A DNA stretch of 63,976 nt, counting the filler, from Chiloscyllium plagiosum (Eukaryota), in the NCBI RefSeq assembly GCF_004010195.1. It is 4 parts of one record of this genome, joined end to end, with 100 filler letters (N's around TTAATTAATTAA, not from the genome) between each part and the next. Parts side by side here need not be neighbours in the genome. Positions count along the whole stretch, not along the records: positions 60,734 to 63,976 come from NC_057710.1; 3 more parts are not named here. One strand, given 5' to 3'. The position numbers and the translations under genes were made by a program. Of the stretch, positions 60,734 through 63,976 are shown in pieces. Position 1 is the stretch's first letter. Every line of letters begins with the position of its first letter. The notes beneath the pieces were generated by a model. It worked only from the letters and a program-made list of their open reading frames with translations, was not told the DNA's origin and did no database searches.

Positions 60734-63700
60734 TGGGTACACACTGGGCTACACCCCGGGTATACACAGGCTACACCCCGGGTCCACACTGGGCTACACC
60801 CCGGGTCCACACTAGGCTACACCTCGGGTACACACTGGGCTACACACTGGGACCGCACTGGGCTACAGCCCAGGTACACATTGGGCTACACGCAGGGTCT
60901 ACACTGGGTTACACCCCGGATACACAGTGGGCTACAGCCTGGGTAAACATTGGGCTACACCCCGGGTCAACAATGAGGTAGACCCCGGGTCCCCACTGTG
61001 CTACACCCTGGGTACACACTGGGTTACACCCTGGGTTCACAATGGGCTACAGCCCAGGTACACATTGGGCTACACCCAGGGTCCACACTGGGTTACACCC
61101 CGGGTACACACTGGGCTACAACCTCGGTACACATTGGGCTACACCCCGGGTATACACAGGCTACACCCCGGGTCCACACTGGGCTACAACCCGGGTCCAC
61201 ACTGGGCTACACTCCGGGTCCACACTGGGCTACACCCTGGGTGCACACTGGACTACACCCTGGGTACACACTGGGCTACACCCCGGGTATACACAGAGCT
61301 ACACCCCGGGTCCACACTGGGCTACACGTCGGGTCCACACTGGGCTACACCCCGGATACACACTGGGCCATACCCCAGGTACACTGGGCTACACCCCAGT
61401 CCGCACTGGGTTACACCCCGGGTCCTCACTGGGCTACGCCCCTGGTTCACACTGGGCTACTTCCCACGTCCACACTGGGCTACACCCCGGGTACACACTG
61501 GGCTACACCCCGGGTCCACATTGGGTTATACCCCAGTTAAAGACTGGCCTACAGCCTGGGTACACATTGGGCTAAACCTGGGTCCCCACTGGGTTACACG
61601 CCGGGTCCACACTGGCCTACGCCCCGAGTACACACTAGGCTACACCCTGGGAACACACTGGGCTCTACTCCGGGTCCGCACTGGGCTACACCCCGAGTCC
61701 ACACTAGGCTAAACCTGGGTACCCACTGGGCTACACCCCGGGTACACACTGGGCTACACCCCGGGTCTGCACTGGGCTGCACCCCAGGTACACACTGGGC
61801 TACACCCTGTGTCCGCACTGGGCTACACCCCGGGTCCAACTGGGCTACAGTCTAGGTCCACACTGGGGTACACACTGGGTCCGCACTGGGCTACAAACTG
61901 GGTACACATTGGACTACTCCCGGTTACACTCTATACCCCGGTTCCATACTGGGCTACACCCTGGGTACACACTGGGCTACACCCCGAGTCCACACTGGGC
62001 TACACCCAGGGTACACACTGGGCTACAACCCGGGGCCACACTAGGCTATACCCCGGTTACACACTGGGCTACAACCTGGGTACACATGGGGCTACACCCC
62101 AGGTCCACACTGAGTTACACCCGGGTACACAGTGGTCTGCACCCCGGGTTCACACTGGGCTATGCACTGGGTCCACAGTAGGCTACACGCGGGTCCACAC
62201 TGGGCTACACCCTGGGTACACACTGGGCTATGCACTGGGTCCACACTGGGCTACACACGGGTCCACACTGGGCTACACCCCAGGTCCACACTGGGCTATG
62301 CACTGGGTTCACACTGGGCTATGCACTGGGTCCACACTGGGCTACACCCCGGGTACACACTGGGCTACACCTGGCTACTCACTGGATTAGATCCCGGGTA
62401 CACACTGGGCAACACCCCGGGTACACATTGGGCTACGCACCGCGTCCACACTGGGCTACACCCAGGACCATCTGGGCTACACCCGGGTACACACTGGGCT
62501 ACACCCCAGGTCCACACTGGGCTGCACCCCGGGTACACACTGTGCTACACGCCGGGTTCACACTGGGCTATGCACTGGGTCCACACTGGGCTACACGCGG
62601 GGCCACACTGGGCTACACACCAGGTCCACACTGGGCTATGCACTGGGTTCACACTGGGCTATGCACTGGGCTACACTGGGCTACACCCCGGGTCCACACT
62701 GGGCTATGCACTGAGTCCACACTAGGCTACACGCGGGTCCACACTGGGCTACACCCTGGTCCCCACTGGGCTACACCTCGGGTTCACACTGGGGTACACC
62801 CCGGGTACACACTGGGCTACACTCCGGGTCCGCACTGGGCTGCACCCCAGATACACACTGGGGTACACCCCGGGTACACACTGGGCTACACCCCGGGTCC
62901 ACACTGGGCTACACCCAGGGTCCGCACTGGGCTACACCCCGGGTCCAACTGGGCTACAGCCTAGGTCCACAGTGGGGTACACACCGGGTCCGCACTGGGC
63001 TACAAACTGGGTACACACTGGACTACACCTGGTTACACTCTATACCCCAGGTCCACACTGGGCTACACCCTGGGTACACACTGGGCTACACCCCGAATCC
63101 ACACTGAGCTATACCCCAAGTCCACACTGGGCTATACCCCGGATCCACACTGGGTTACACCCTGGGTACACACTGGGCTACACCCAGGGTACATACTGGG
63201 CTACAACCCGGGGCCACACTAGGCTATACCCCGGTTACACACTGGGCTACAACCTGGGTACACATGGGGCTACACCCCAGGTCCACACTGGGTTACACCC
63301 GGGTACACACTGGGCTACACCTCTGGTTCACACTGGGCTATGCACTGGGTCCACTCTGGGCTACACCCCGGGTACACACTGGGCTATGCACTGCGTCCAC
63401 ACTGGGCTACGCCTGGGTACTCACTGGATTAGATCCCGGGTACACACTGGGCAACACCCCAGGTACACACTGGGCTACGCAGCGCGTCCACACTGGGCTA
63501 CACCCAGGTCCAACTGGGCTACACCCGGGTACACACTGGGCAACACCCCAGGTCCACACTGGGCTGCACGCGGGTTCACGCTGGGCTACACCCCGGGTAC
63601 ACACTGGGCTACACCCCAGTTACACACTGGCCTACACCCGGGTCGACACTGGGTGACACCCTGGGTACACAGTGGACAACACCCCAGGTCCACACTGGGC

Positions 63701-63976
63701 TACACCCCAGGTCCACACTGGGCTACACCCTGGATTCATGCTGGGCTACACCCTGGGTTCATGATGGGCTACAGCCCGGGTCTGTACTGGACTACATCCC
63801 GGGTTCACACTGGGCTACAGCTCGGTACACACTGGGATACACTCCAGGTTGACACTAGGTTACATGCCGGGTACACACTGGGCTACACCCTGGTTTCACA
63901 CTGGGCTATGCGCTGGGTCCACACGAGGCTACACGCGGGTCCACACTGGGCTACACCCTGGGTACACACTGGGCTA
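60734..63976. repeat. GC-rich 23-bp satellite array (>3.2 kb, runs off the window)
   Basis: Unit CACACTGGGCTACACCCCGGGT(C/A). The ORFs repeat every 23 aa (3 units). Confidence 0.97.

Noticed and set aside
60927..63656. Long Pro/Gly/His/Thr ORFs
   Set aside because: All frames give the same cyclic peptide from the 23-bp satellite.

Overview
Repeat-dense eukaryotic genomic DNA, most likely from a shark or other elasmobranch. That assignment is inferred from abundant HE1-type V-SINEs, CR1 LINEs, Deu-domain SINE remnants and Penelope-like elements. The window is four sequence blocks joined by three identical artificial 100-nt spacers (44 N + TTAATTAATTAA + 44 N), so adjacency across those spacers is not guaranteed. 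Host genes recognised: exon 1 of sepiapterin reductase (SPR, minus strand, 8297-8627), two consecutive dysferlin exons (DYSF, plus strand, 30739-30920 and 35785-35925), and an unidentified, probably terminal coding exon (minus strand, 16699-16962). Most of the rest is decayed transposons (CR1, Rex1/Babar, Ty3/gypsy gag, Penelope) and tandem repeats with 33-, 69- and 23-bp units. The most interesting signal is a set of short Penelope-derived insertions, mostly palindromic and often TSD-flanked, in at least three sequence families carrying minimal hammerhead-ribozyme cores; one forms a retrozyme-like direct-repeat unit of about 475 nt. Also notable are a minisatellite apparently seeded by a Deu-SINE just upstream of SPR, and clear template-switch and templated-insertion scars. 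I see no convincing wholly new protein-coding system. Protein and repeat-family identifications are from memory, not database searches, and transposon boundaries are approximate.
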